A stretch of DNA of 64,000 nt from Candidatus Bathyarchaeota archaeon (lineage in GTDB: Archaea > Thermoproteota > Bathyarchaeia > Bathyarchaeales > Bathycorpusculaceae), in contig CAVYRJ010000014.1 in the NCBI GenBank assembly GCA_963770935.1, positions 61,807 to 125,806 of the forward strand, given 5' to 3'. Below are positions 10,760 through 25,068 of the stretch, one piece after another. Every line of letters begins with the position of its first letter. Within the stretch, counting starts at the first letter, position 1. A program made the position numbers and the translations under genes. Below the pieces are notes generated by a model. It was not told the DNA's origin, did not search any database, and saw nothing but the letters and a program-made list of their open reading frames with translations.

Positions 10760-11494
10760 GCCAGTTTCCTGCCTAGATTAGCAACTTCACCGATGACTAT
10801 GACGGATGGAGGCTTGATTTGTTTGGCTTGAGCTTCTTTAACAATCGTGTCAAGTGTGGCGATTAGTGTTCGTTGTTTGGGATAGGTTCCTGACTCAACC
10901 ATTGCAACGGGTTTCTGTGGGCTTATACCTCCTTCCAGCAATTTGCTGACGATGCCGTCGAGGGATTCTACACCCATCAAGATGACCATGGTGTCGACAG
11001 CGTTGGCGATTTTTACCCATTCGATGGGTTTCTCGGCGTCGCCTGCGCGGTGACCGGTGATTATGGCTACAGATGCCGCGTAATCCCGATGTGTGAGTGG
11101 TATGCCTGCGTAGGCAGGAGCAACGACTGAGGAACTGACACCGGGCACAACTTCAAATTCGATGCCGTTCTCAACAAGTGCCTCTGCTTCTTCGCCGCCT
11201 CTGCCGAAGATGAATGGGTCGCCGCCTTTTAGCCGAACGACTTTACCGCCTTCTTTAGCTTTCTCAACAATTAACTCGGTAATCTTCTCCTGAGGCACTT
11301 CATGCAAGCCAGCTCGTTTGCCGACAAAAATTCTCTCAGCTTTCTCAGGCACTAAACAAAGGATTTCTTCTCCGACACCTAGTCCTGTCATAGATTACTA
11401 CGTCGGCTTCTTTTAGCACCTTAACCGCTTTAATCGTGAGCAGTTGGGGGTCGCCTGGTCCAGCGCCCACAAGGTATACTTTACCATACACCAT
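10735..11494 (-). CDS. cobA: Uroporphyrinogen-III C-methyltransferase (SUMT); one frameshift near 11390
   Basis: N-terminus [20 protein letters not shown] in an upstream frame; [18 protein letters not shown]; AGIPLTHR. Confidence 0.9.
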
Positions 11495-12413
11495 ATTTTT
11501 CTCTCCACTCCTTCTCAAAATCTTTAGCGCCTTGATTAATGAGGTCTTCGCCCACTTTTCCGCCCTATCTCTTCAGCTTGGGATAATGTGCCTTTTGCGA
11601 AAGCGCTGATTTTTTTTCTCGAAGTTAATGAAAAGATGCAGCCAAAAAGCGACAACTCATTACGGTTTGTTTGTCCGACAGCTCCTATTGGTACTCGGCA
11701 GCCGCCCTCCAACTTTAGCACCAAGCTGCGTTCAGCTGTAATCTCAGCTCGAGTTGCTTTGTCTTCGACCGCCCGCAAAATATCTATAACTTCTGAGTTT
11801 CCTTCTTTTGCCACAATAGCAATTGCACCTTGCCCTGCAGCAGGGGGAAATTGGTCTAGTGGAAGACGCTCGGTGATTTCGTTTGTTATGTTCATTCGCT
11901 GCAACCCTGCCTCGGCGATTACAATGCCTGCTAATTCGCCTTTTCTAACTTTGCCGATTCTAGTGTCGACGTTGCCCCTGATGGGTTCAACATTAAGGTC
12001 TGGGCGTATGTATTTGATTTCAGCCAGCCTTCGCAGGCTGCCCGTTCCGACAACTGCACCCTGCGGCAACGCGTTTAGAAGCAATTTGTCTTTCGAAATG
12101 AATACATCACACTGTGAATCCCGCTTTGGAATTGCAGCTAAAACAGTGCCTTTTTGCTGCTCAACAATGGGCACATCTTTTAAGCTGTGAACAGCAAAAT
12201 CGACTTCGCCGCTAGCGACTTGTTGGTCAATTTCCTTCTCAAAGATCCCTTTACAATCGATAGCAAAGAGCGGTTTGCCGTGTTCTTTATCGCCTATGGT
12301 TTTGATAACTTTTAGCTTAAATTCAACGTCTGGGCGTTGTTGTTTAATTTGCTGTAGGGTGCGGTTTGTTTGGGCAAGTGCGAGTTTGCTGCCTCGTGTG
12401 CCAACGGTTAGAA

Positions 12414-12417
<4 letters not shown>
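11481..12417 (-). CDS. hemC: Hydroxymethylbilane synthase; C-terminal frameshift
   Basis: [45 protein letters not shown]. Confidence 0.95.
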
Positions 12418-14693
<2,276 letters not shown>

Positions 14694-14708
14694 TTTTATG
14701 TCTCCTTT

Positions 14709-15341
14709 TCAAAGTTTCATGGCTAATTCTTCAGCCTCACAAAGCTTGCCTTCTCTTAAAGCTTGTTTAATGTTATCGTTATTAAGTATCTCGTATAACA
14801 CTTTGCTTCTAATTTTCGAGTCAGAAACCTCGTCTTTAAGGATACTGCGTACATTAGCCTGCAACTCGATCTCAAGCAAGTCCTCAGGCGTAACCAGTTT
14901 CTCTATCCGTTGCCTTAGTACCCGTGCCATCGCTGGGCTTTTGCCGCCAGTGGAAACCGCAATCTTGACGTCGCCAACTTTCGCGACTGCTGGCAAAATG
15001 AAATCGCTAAGGGCTGGGTTATCAACTGAGTAAACGATGCAGTCCCCAGATTTTGCGCTTTAATCAGTTCAAGGTTAAGTTTGGGGTCGTTTGTTACTGC
15101 TAAGAAGTACGTCTGGTTTGGGGTTAAGGCTGTCAACAAACGCTTTGGCGTCTTGAATTTCAGTTTTTAGCAGAGCAACCTTTTTTTCTTCACCAAGCTT
15201 CTGAATGCCACCTGAAAAATCTTTGCTTATAACCCAGATTTTTGCGCCAGAATCAACGAAGCTTTGGGTTTTGCGGTAAGCCTCCGCGCCTCCGCCGACT
15301 ACTATAACGGTTTTTCCGTCAAGCTTGAGGTCTATGAGCAA
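14709..15341 (-). CDS. sirC: Precorrin-2 dehydrogenase (SirC/CysG-N, Met8-like); frameshifted
   Basis: Rossmann motif VIVVGGG; VDNPALSDFILPAV; IAVSTGGKSPAMAR. Confidence 0.85.
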
Positions 15342-16898
15342 CTTTTTGTTTTGCCACCTTCAGAAACGTTAAAGCTATAGTTGGTTAGCAATTTTTTGAA
15401 CTTTTCCATAAACGCCTTGTAATCAACCTCAACTTTCATTGGGGGAGAGGCAACTTTAGCCAGCAAATCTAAATCAATATATTTTTCAGCTGCGTCGATG
15501 GCTTGGGCGCCAAAATCTTCGTAGCGGATTTCGATTTCCGGAATCATACCTCTGCCTTCCAAATCCAGACGCGGCACCATCCCCAACAGCTCAATGCCTG
15601 CGTTTTGGAAAGCATTTTTCATGGTTTGTTTTATTTCGTCGGTTATGTAGCTGACGCGCAGCTTGTTTAGTATTACGCCTGTTGTGTTTACTCCGAGACG
15701 TTTTAGGATGTTAACGTAGTTTAGAGTGTTGATTAATGCGCCTTCGATGCCTTCTTTGTCACAGCCCACGACAACTATGGTAGATGCGCCCAAAGCCGCG
15801 GCAACTTCGGCAGTGGACATTGGTCTTTTATAATTCTCATTTAGTAAACCTGTGAATGCGCTCATGGCTCCTTCAACGAAAAGGAAATCATGTTTCTCGG
15901 CTGCCTTTCTACAGCTTGCTCAAGTGGTGTCCAGCCGCTTTCGCCAATTTTAATCGACGAGTAATCCTTAATCGGTTCCTTAATGAGATAGAGCGATGGC
16001 ACGGAGTCGCGTATGTCTCCGCCGACTTTTATGATGCCAACTTTGAAGCCTCTCTTTTTTAATGCTCCAGCGATGCCTGTTACTATGAAGGTTTTTCCTG
16101 AACCGCTCCCAGTCGCCGTCACCATCAGCAATCGTGGCTCTTTTTGGGCTTTTTTTGCTTGACGGATGTTGGTGGCGATTCCGATTTCGCCCTTTGATTT
16201 GCTCTAACAGTTTCGCGTTGCTTTGCCGTATGGCTTCAAGTTCAATTGGTTTATGCCCAGCGATTTTGTGATGCTTTCAATAATGGTTGGGTTTTGGTCT
16301 AAGAGTCCATGGATGAATATGCCGACGACGTTGCCTTGCTTGTTGGCGACACCTGAAATCAAGTCTTGAGGGTCTTTTTTGTAGTTGACCCGTTTAGCAT
16401 GGGTAATTATGATGGGTTTGGCGTCTTTGTGGAGGACAATTTTACCGTAGGTGTGGCAGTGGAAACCTGAAACTTCCTTGCCGACCTCTTGGGTTATGAA
16501 GCTTTTGTCAACTATTGTGGCTTTTACGCGGTCAGTGCATACAAGCGGCTTAAACTCTGCATCCAGCAAACCCAAGCCTTCACGGGTTATCGGAATGGTT
16601 GATAGGCGTCCAACATCGGTTTCTTTGGCAAGCACTTGAAAACCTGAGCAGATGCCAAGCACAAACTTGCCTGAGTCAGCCATTTTTAGTATTTCGCGGG
16701 TGACCTCTGTGTTGACGCTTTGGGATTCAACTAGGCTTCCGCCTGGAATGATTAGCATGTCTAAAACTTCTGAAGCTGGTTTGCCATCTACAAGCCCGTC
16801 GGCGCAGACTAGGTCAGTTGGCAGGTTTCCGAAGTCTTCAAAGCAGGGAAGAGCTCCTGGAAGGTAAACTAAGCCGATTCTGTGATCGAAATTTCAAT
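15332..16898 (-). CDS. CobQ/CbiA-related amidotransferase with N-terminal GATase and C-terminal P-loop domain; frameshifted
   Basis: IGLVYLPGALPCFEDFG; IIPGGS...LGICSGFQVL; GFHCH; IFIHG; then TATGSGSGKT, KVGGDIRD, GVILNK. Confidence 0.75.
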
Positions 16899-16946
16899 CC
16901 AAAGTGCCCCGAGGGCTATTTACGGTAAGCCTTATATTTAAGCCGC

Positions 16947-18242
16947 ATGGTTTATCCAACCATGCATTCCTCGGCAAAGACAGACCACGTCATCAACGTT
17001 AGAATAACGCATAAAACAGCGCGAGTGCCGTTGATGGAGGCTGTAGCGTTTAAAGAGAAGGAAAAAGGGCTTGCCGAGATACTTTCTCTTGAAAATGTGG
17101 AAGAATGTCTGATTTTGCAGACTTGCAACCGTATTGAGCTTTTCATTGTAACTGAAACGGCTGAAGAAACGGCAGATGTTGGTTAAGGATTACTTGGCAA
17201 AACGGGCGGTATCGAATGCTGAGGAAGCGTACAAAGCAATAGAAACCTCCATTGACAATGACACCTTCAATCACCTGCTCAGAGTCACTTCAGGCTTAGA
17301 ATCGATGGTTATCGGCGAAGACCAAGTCCTTAACCAAGTCTGGGACGCCTACTGAAGCCGACAACGCCAAAACCTTAGGCCCAATCCTTAAACACCTGTT
17401 TAACCGTGCAATGACAGTTGGCAGACGCGTTAGGAATGAGACAGGCATCAACAAAGGCGCCGTTTCAATCGGTTCAGCAGCCGTTGAATTGGCAGTTAAT
17501 TTACTGGGAAACTTGGAAGACAAAAAAATCCTCGTTATGGGCGCTGGAGAAATCGGAACGCTCGTCGCTAAAGCCTTAGCTCGCCGCTGTCTTAGCCCGA
17601 TTTTTATTGCTAACAGAACTTATGCCCGAGCAGTAACACTAGCCGAAGACCTCTCAGGGAAAGCGGTAAAGTTTGACCAGTTTGAAGAAGTCCTTGTTGA
17701 CGCCGATGTGGTTATTTGTTCCACTGCTGCACCACATTACTTTTAACCAAAGACATTGTTTCTCGGTTGATGAGCCAACGCGTAAACAAAACTGACTAGT
17801 AATTATTGACATTTCTAATCCTCGTAACGTTGAAAAAACCGTTCACGAAGTAGAAGCTACCAAACTTTACAACATCGACGACCTGCAGTTTATCGCCGAT
17901 AAGAACAAGCTGGAACGAGAAAAAGGCATCGAGAAAGCCGTCAAAATCTTCGGAGACGAACTCATAATTCTAGACGATGACATGAAAAGCTTCTCGGTTC
18001 GTCTAATTGTTTCATCGCTTGCTATCCCGCGCTGAAGCAGATCGGCAAAAAGAACTCGCAACAGCCCTAAACATGCTTGGGTAATTGATGAAAGACAAAA
18101 GCGGATATTGACGATCTAACTTCCATTTTGCTTAAGCAGACGTTTATTCCGATTGTTGAGAATTTGAGGTCAGCCGCCAAGAACGGTGATAAGAAGTCAT
18201 TGATATTGCGGTTAAATTGTTTGAGAAAACGGGGAAAAATAA
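16947..18242 (+). CDS. hemA: Glutamyl-tRNA reductase; several frameshifts
   Basis: LQTCNRIE, SGLESMVIGEDQVL, GAVSIGSAAV, VMGAGEIG, IANRT, STAAPH, DISNPRNV. Confidence 0.92.
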
Positions 18243-18243
18243 C

Positions 18244-19315
18244 TTGTCAAAATAGCCCTTGATAATGTTGGTTTAATTCTGATTGGGCACGGAAGCAAAC
18301 TGCCTCATAACCGAGAAAACCTTGAAAAACTAGCAGATATTCTGCGTAGCCGCGGCAAATTCAAGACTGTAGAAATCGCTTTCATGATACGTGACACCCC
18401 AACCGTTAACGAAGCAATTGATGCAATGGCGAAGAAAGGCATATCAAAAATCGTGTTAGTTCCAGCTTTTCTTGCGCCCGGAGTCCACACTACCGAAGAT
18501 ATTCCAGGTTTATCGGCGTAAAAGAAAAAGAACCCCAACTAAAAGCCAAAGGCATCGAACTTGTTTACGGCGAACCATTAGGCAGCGACGAACGCATCGC
18601 CGACATTCTGGAAGAAAAAGCCTTCAAAGCCTTGGGTGCAAGGCTAAAAAAGACGGCGAAATCGTAGATGCCTATTCAGTGTCTGAGGCAGGCAAAATCG
18701 TTGACAAAAGCATGATGCTTATACGTCAAGCAATCGGCGACGACTTGGCAAAACTGCCCAAAGATAAAGTTCCCATCGTCGAACGGGTTGTCCACACAAC
18801 GGCTGACCCAGAATTCGCTAAACTCATAGTAATCAGTGACGACGCGGTTAAAGCAGGCGTAGCAGCCATTAAGGCAGGCGCAAAAGTTGTAACCGACGTC
18901 AAAATGGTTAAAGCAGGCATCAACGAGGCACGCCTCAAAAAGTTCGGCAGCACAAGTCTACACTTACATGAATGACGAACGCGCCATGGACCTTGGCCAA
19001 AACGGAAGTCTTAACCCGTTCCGCGGCTGCCATGCGTTTAGCCATAAAAGACGGCTTAGACGGCGCAATCGTGCTTATTGGCAACGCCCCAACCGCAGCC
19101 TTTGAGTTGGCAGAACAAATAAAGCAGGAAAAGTTAAACCAGCATTAATCGTTGCTGTTCCAGTGGGCTTTGTCGGCGCTGCAGAATCCAAAGAAGTCGT
19201 CGCAAAACTTCCAGTTCCATACGTGATAACTAGGGGACGCAGAGGCGGCAGCACCATTGCAGTTGCAGTCTTCAACGCTTTGCTGTCTATGGCTGAAGGC
19301 AAGCTTTACGGTTAA
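18244..19315 (+). CDS. cbiC: Probable fusion of short sirohydrochlorin cobaltochelatase (CbiX-S) and precorrin-8X methylmutase (CbiC); frameshifted
   Basis: LIGHGSKLP, PAFLAPGVHTTEDIP, YGEPLGSDERI (CbiX); then ERVVHTTADP, VTDVKMVKAGI, IGNAPTA, PVGFVGAAESK, RGGSTIAVA (CbiC). Confidence 0.8.
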
Positions 19316-19327
19316 AGGTGACTAATT

Positions 19328-20431
19328 ATGGCGCGGTTTTTCAAATACGGCATAACAACAGGCGCAACCGCGGCGGCAGCAGCAAAAGCCGCAGTAATCG
19401 CGGCACTTAAAGAGCCAGTTGACCGTGTAGTTATCCCAACACCGATTGGTTTGCGTTTTGAAGTGCCAGTGAAATCCAGCAGAAAACTCGCCAAGAGACA
19501 CTGCTGAAGCAGTAGTCGTTAAAGATGCGGGACAAGACATTGACGCCACCGACAAAATGGAAATCACCGCCACCGTCAAACTAACAGACGACGGCAAAAT
19601 CACCATTAAAAGCGGCGTAGGCATCGGCAAAGTCACTAAACCAGGTTTGCAGGTTCCCATCGGTGAAGGCGCAATCAACCCAGTCCCAAAAGCATGATAA
19701 CTGAAGCCGTCAAAGAAGTCCTACCAGCCGGCAAAGGCGCAGAAATAATTATTAGCGCTCCTGAAGGGGCAAACATAGCCAAAAAAACAATGAACGCCAA
19801 ACTAGGCATAAAAGGCGGCGTCTCCATCCTTGGCACAACAGGCGTAGTCAAACCCCTATCGCTTGAAGCGTGCCGACGCTCACTTGGTTCCCCAAATTGA
19901 CGTTGCAATCGCGCGAGGTTACAAACGGTATTGTTTTTGTTCCGGAAACATTGGAGAACGCATTGCTAAAGACAAAGTTCAAAGTCCCCGAGGACGCGAT
20001 TGTTCAAACAGGCGACTTCGTGGGTTACATGCTTGATAAAGCCGTTGAGAAAGGCGTTAAAGAAATCATATTCATTGGTCACTCAGGCAAAATAGTCAAG
20101 TTGGCGGCAAACATTTTCAACACGCACCACAAAGTTGGGGATGCACGAAACGAAGTTATCGCTTCCTACGCAGGCGCTGTCGGAGCATCAACCCAAACAA
20201 TCAACGAGGTTTTAGTTGCTAACACGTCAGATGAAGCCTCAGAAATCCTAAAACCAACAGGCCTTTTAGAGAAAACTTACGACAGAATCTGCTGCCCGAG
20301 TTAACCAGCGTATTAGCGACAGGGTGGAAAACAAGATAAAGCTAAGCGTCGTCATTGTTGCTATGGATGGCAGTGTCCTTGGCATGGACGAAAACGCTAG
20401 GTGCAATAAGCCTTGGCTAAACTTAACATAG
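19328..20431 (+). CDS. cbiD: Cobalt-precorrin-5B C1-methyltransferase; frameshifted
   Basis: [62 protein letters not shown]. Confidence 0.9.
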
Positions 20432-21090
20432 TCGGCGTTGGACCAGGCTCAGCAGATTACGTTACGGCAGCGGCACGAAACACGGTAGCTCAAGCCCAAA
20501 TAGGTAATCGGGGCACAACGCAGCCTTGACCTTTTCCCACCGACATCAAAGGCGAAACCCTGCTTTTAACCGCAAAAAACCTTAACGAATGCCTCAAACA
20601 TCGGCTGTTGAATCGCCAAAAAAGGCAAAAACGTGACGATTCTGTCAACAGGCGACCCAGGATTCTCAGGGCTTTTCAAATCGGTTTTAAATACTAAGCT
20701 TATTAGAGCCTGCAGAAATCAACGTTGTTGCAGGTGTAAGCTCGATTCAAACCTGCGCTGCTCGACTTGGGCTAGTTGGGATGAAGCATGCCTTTTCACT
20801 TTTCCATCAGGGCAACGTGACCGCGAGAGAAAAATGAGTTGGCAGTCGTTGCCTTAAAGGTGGCAGAGACGCGATACTTCTGCCTGACTCCAAGGGCTTC
20901 TCCGCCAAAAGAAATCGCAGCTTACCTTATCAAAGCTGGTTTTGACAACCAGCAAACACCAGTTTTATCTGCGAAAACCTAACCTTAAGAGCGACGAACG
21001 GATAACCTGAAGCAGCCTTGTAGCAGGTTCTTTGGCTGCGGATTTTGGCGCTTTATGCGTAATGGTTATCAAAGCAAACCGTGCATGTAA
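20413..21090 (+). CDS. cbiE: Cobalt-precorrin-7 C5-methyltransferase; heavily frameshifted
   Basis: [20 protein letters not shown]; LSTGDPGFSG; GVSSIQ; CENL; lies between cbiD and cbiT. Confidence 0.8.
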
Positions 21091-21109
21091 TGTGTACAGT
21101 TGACTTTCG

Positions 21110-21706
21110 ATGGCTAAGATTTGGACTTACAAGACCCCCGGCATACCTGACGAACTTTTATTCAGAGCGATAATGTTCCTGGACCAACCAAAGAGGACGT
21201 TAGAGTTTTAACGATTTCTAAAGCCCGCTTAAACGAGGGCGACATCGTGATTGATGTTGGTTGCGGTACAGGCGGTTTAACTGTTGAGGCTGCACTGCAA
21301 GTTGCTCCCTAAGGCAAGGTTTACGCGATTGACGAAGACCAAGCTGCGGTCAAGTTAACGCAAAGTAATGTTGAAAAGTTTGGTGCACAAGGCAATGTCT
21401 TGGTTAAGCGGGGTAAAGCTCCTGAAGCCTGTTAACCCTTCCAAGGCTGATGCAGTTATGGTTGGTGGCGGCGGAATTCCCTGGAGCAATTCTTCAAATC
21501 GCCAAAAAACTGAAACAAACGGCCGAGTTGTGGTTAACGCGATTCTTTTGGAAACCGCCACTACCGCGATTGATGAACTTAAACAGTTGGGCTTCAAAGA
21601 TATCGATGTTACGCATATTTCGGTGTCTAAGGGAAAACAAATAAACAGCGGCACCATGATGATGGCAAGAAACCCCATTACAATAGTTTCAGCTTCAAAA
21701 CTTTAG
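21110..21706 (+). CDS. cbiT: Cobalt-precorrin-6B C15-methyltransferase (decarboxylating); frameshifted
   Basis: WTYKTPGIPDE, PGPTKEDVR, DVGCGTGGLTVE, GRVVVNAILLET, ARNPI. Confidence 0.88.
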
Positions 21707-22492
21707 GTGAAAAAAGATTTGATTGGAGTATTCATTGGTATTGGTGTTGGTCCAGGCGACCCAGAATTAATCACGTTAAAAGCAGCAAAAGCATTGCAAA
21801 CAGCTGATGTTATTTGTGTTCCAAAATCTAACGCTAACAAGCCAAGCATTGCTGTTAACATGGTTAAGCCAATTCTTGATGAAAGGCAGAAACCGCCTGA
21901 AATGCTTGAACTAATTTTTCCCATGACCAAAGATGACCTAAACAATCGAAGCATTTGGGTAGAAAACGCGGCTATCGTCGCCGCGAAAGCAAAAAGGTGA
22001 CGTAGCTTTCATCACACTTGGCGACCCAATGTTTTACAGCACCTTTTTGTACCTCTACGAAGCCGTAAAGGAAAGTTACCCAGAAGTTGAACTTGAAATC
22101 ATCCCTGGCGTAACCTCCGTAACTGCTGCCGCAGCAAGCGCAAACTACCTTTGGCAGAAAAAGAGGAAGTGGTTACAGTTATCCCCTCAGACTTATCCCT
22201 TGCACACATCGAGGAAGCCGCTAAACACGCCGATAACTTGGTTTTCATGAAGTGCGCTTTTCACATTAAGGAGTTTCTTCCAATTCTGTTCAAGGCTGGC
22301 TTTACTGAAAACTCAACCATTGCCCTAGTCAGACGATGCACTTTGCCAGAAGAGAAAGTTCTCGTGGGCAAACTCGGCGATGTAGACAGGTGGGACATAA
22401 CGGAGGATTACTTCTCTGTAGCAATTGTTAAGAAAAATCAGGTTCCTATTCATTGGAAACAAAACGGAAACGGTAACGGTGGAAGAAAATGA
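21707..22492 (+). CDS. cbiL: Cobalt-factor II / precorrin-2 C20-methyltransferase; frameshifted
   Basis: [39 protein letters not shown]. Confidence 0.88.
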
Positions 22493-23251
22493 ACAAAGTT
22501 GTATTTATAGGTGCAGGTCCAGGCGACCCAGAACTAATCACGCTTAAGGGCAAAAGATGGCTTGAACAAGCAGACGTCGTCATCTACGCGGGAAGCTTGC
22601 TGAACCCAGAATACCTAAAATACTGCAAAAACGGTGCGGAACTTTATGACAGCGCCAAAATGGGTTTGCCCGAAATGCAAAAAGTCATGGTGGAAGGCGT
22701 TAAAGCAGGAAAACTGTTGCCCGTCTTCACGATGGTGACCCAAGCTTCTACGGTGCAATCCAGGAAGTGATGACTGGTCTTGACAAGGAAGGAATTGATT
22801 ACTTCCGTATTCCAGGCGTAAGCTGCCTTTTAGGTGGAGCTGCCGCGTTGAACCGTGAATTGACTCTTCCAAACATTTCTCAAACAGTCATCATTACTCG
22901 TCCCGAAGGCCGAACTCCAGTTCCAGAAGTGAAAGCATCAACAAACTGGCGCTGCATCAAGCAACCATGGTTATTTTCCTTGGCACACCGCACATAGCCA
23001 AAGTTGTGGATGAGCTCCAAAAAGGCGGTTACCCCAAAGATACACCGGGCCAAGTGGTTTACAAGGCAACTTGGCCTGAACAAAAAATTGTTAAGGGCAC
23101 TCTCGCAGACATAGTTGGGAAAGTCAAGGCTGAAGGCATAACTGAGACGGCGCTTATTTTTGTAGGAAAAGTCCTTGACCCGCAAGCCTATGACTTATCT
23201 AAGCTGTATGACCCCAAGTTTACGACGGGGTTCCGTAAAGGCGAAGACTAG
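22489..23251 (+). CDS. cbiF: Cobalt-precorrin-4 C11-methyltransferase; frameshifted
   Basis: [59 protein letters not shown]. Confidence 0.9.
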
Positions 23252-24338
23252 ATGTATGCTAAGGGCATTGCTGTTGTTGCAATTACGAGGCGTGGCGTAG
23301 AGACCGCACTAAAAATCAAAGAAGCCCTAGATAGAGTTGGCTTGAATGCGACGGTTTATGCCCCAAAAAAATACAGCCAAACTGGCGTTGTTGTTTTAGA
23401 GAAAAAAGTGGGTGACTTTATTAAGGACATCTATAGCAGGGTAGATGCTTTAGTTGCTGTTATGGCAACTGGCATAACAATACGTGCGGTTGCGCCTCTT
23501 TTAGAGAGCAAACTAACCGACCCTGCAGTCGTGGGGGTAGATGCGGCAGGAAAATTCGTTATCAGCCTCTTATCAGGGCATTTTGGCGGCGCAAACGAGC
23601 TGTCAAGAACAATCGCCAAAGGTATAGGTGCAACGCCAGTAATCACCACAGCTTCAGACGTTATGGGAAAAATGAGCGCTGACGAAATCGCTAAAATCCT
23701 GCATTTAACAATCCAAAACCCTGAAAGCCTCGTCTCAGTAAACTCTGCCATAGTAAACGGCGATCACATAGTTGTTGTTCTAATTGGCGATGTCAAAATT
23801 CCTGTAAACATTGTTAGTTGCTACGAAATAAAAAAAGCTGAAAGCGGAATGCAGGCCATTAGAAATTATCAGCCAATATGATGCGGGTGTAATAATCGCC
23901 CATGAACCGTTATCGATTGCCAAGTTTGTGAAACCATTTACTATCCTAAAAACCAAAAATATAGTGGTTGGTTTGGGCGCAAGAAAAGACTCAACCAAAG
24001 AAAGCATGATTGAAGCCGTTAACACAGTTCTCGAGCGTGTTCACATTCCTTTGGAGCGCATTGACCGTTTCGCCACAGTCGACATCAAACGAAACTCTAA
24101 ACAAATGGTAGAAGCGGTGGAAAGTTTGGGTGCCCCGCTTGAGTTTTTAAGTGTCGATGCACTTCGTTCAGTAAGTTACAGTGATCTTTCGCCTGATTCA
24201 GCAATGGTTCAGGAAAAAATCGGTGTTGGAGGAGTATGTGAACGAGCAGCATTACTAATAGCGGGAAAAAACTCAAAACTACTCATGAAAAAAACCAAGC
24301 TAAACGGGGTAACGGTAGCGGTAGCCGAGGGCGAATAG
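23252..24338 (+). CDS. cbiG: Cobalt-precorrin-5A hydrolase; one frameshift near 23865
   Basis: MATGITIRAVAP..SKLTDPAVV, SLLSGHFGGAN, PVITTASD; C-terminal GVGGVCERAAL...GVTVAVA. Confidence 0.9.
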
Positions 24339-25066
24339 CCGTTGTCGGCATCGGACCTGGCAGTCTTGAGCATTTAACGCCAAAAGCTCGAAACGAAATA
24401 GAGGTCGCCGACGTAGTTGTAGGTTATGGCACTTACATTAAACTGATCCAATCTATAGTTAGAAAAGATGCCGAAATTTCATCTGGAACAATGGGCAAAG
24501 AAGTTGAACGTGCAAAAATTGCCGTAGATAAAGCCAAAGAAGGCAAACGCGTGGTGATGGTGAGCAGCGGTGACCCAGGTGTTTACGGTATGGCTGGTGT
24601 TGTTTTGGAAGTAGCAGCACAAGAAAAGACCCGTGTTCCTGTCGAAATTATTCCTGGCGTAACCGCAGCCACTGCAGCCTCAGCAATCCTTGGAGCACCA
24701 TTGGTGAGCGACTTTGCAGTCATCAGCCTCAGTGACCTGTTAACGCCTTGGGAAAAAATTGAACTAAGACTCGAATCCGTAGCAGCCGCAGACCTTTCAA
24801 TTGTTCTCTACAATCCACAGAGCCAAGGACGTGTCGAGCCGCTGACCAAGGCTTACGAGATAATGCTAAAGCATATCAAGCCAGATACGCCAGTGGGCAT
24901 CGTCAGGCAAGCAGGGCGCGAGGGTGAAAATTACGTGATCACAACTCTTAAAGATATGTTAAACTGGGAAATCGACATGGTCACAACGATTGTTGTCGGC
25001 AATTCGGCGACAAAAGTCGTTAACGGGAAGATGGTGACAGCCCGAGGATACGACATAGCCCAATAA
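24335..25066 (+). CDS. cbiH: Cobalt-factor III / precorrin-3B C17-methyltransferase
   Basis: IAVVGIGPG...VVVGYGTY is in frame upstream of the listed start; VSSGDPGVYGMA, DFAVISLSDLLTPW, LYNP, TARGY. Confidence 0.92.
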   Translation: MAVVGIGPGSLEHLTPKARNEIEVADVVVGYGTYIKLIQSIVRKDAEISSGTMGKEVERAKIAVDKAKEGKRVVMVSSGDPGVYGMAGVVLEVAAQEKTRVPVEIIPGVTAATAASAILGAPLVSDFAVISLSDLLTPWEKIELRLESVAAADLSIVLYNPQSQGRVEPLTKAYEIMLKHIKPDTPVGIVRQAGREGENYVITTLKDMLNWEIDMVTTIVVGNSATKVVNGKMVTARGYDIAQ

Positions 25067-25068
25067 AA

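Noticed and set aside
18244-18660. CfbA-like chelatase as evidence of F430/methanogenesis
   Set aside because: It is embedded among cbi genes and fused to or adjacent to cbiC; no cfbCDE or mcr genes in the window.
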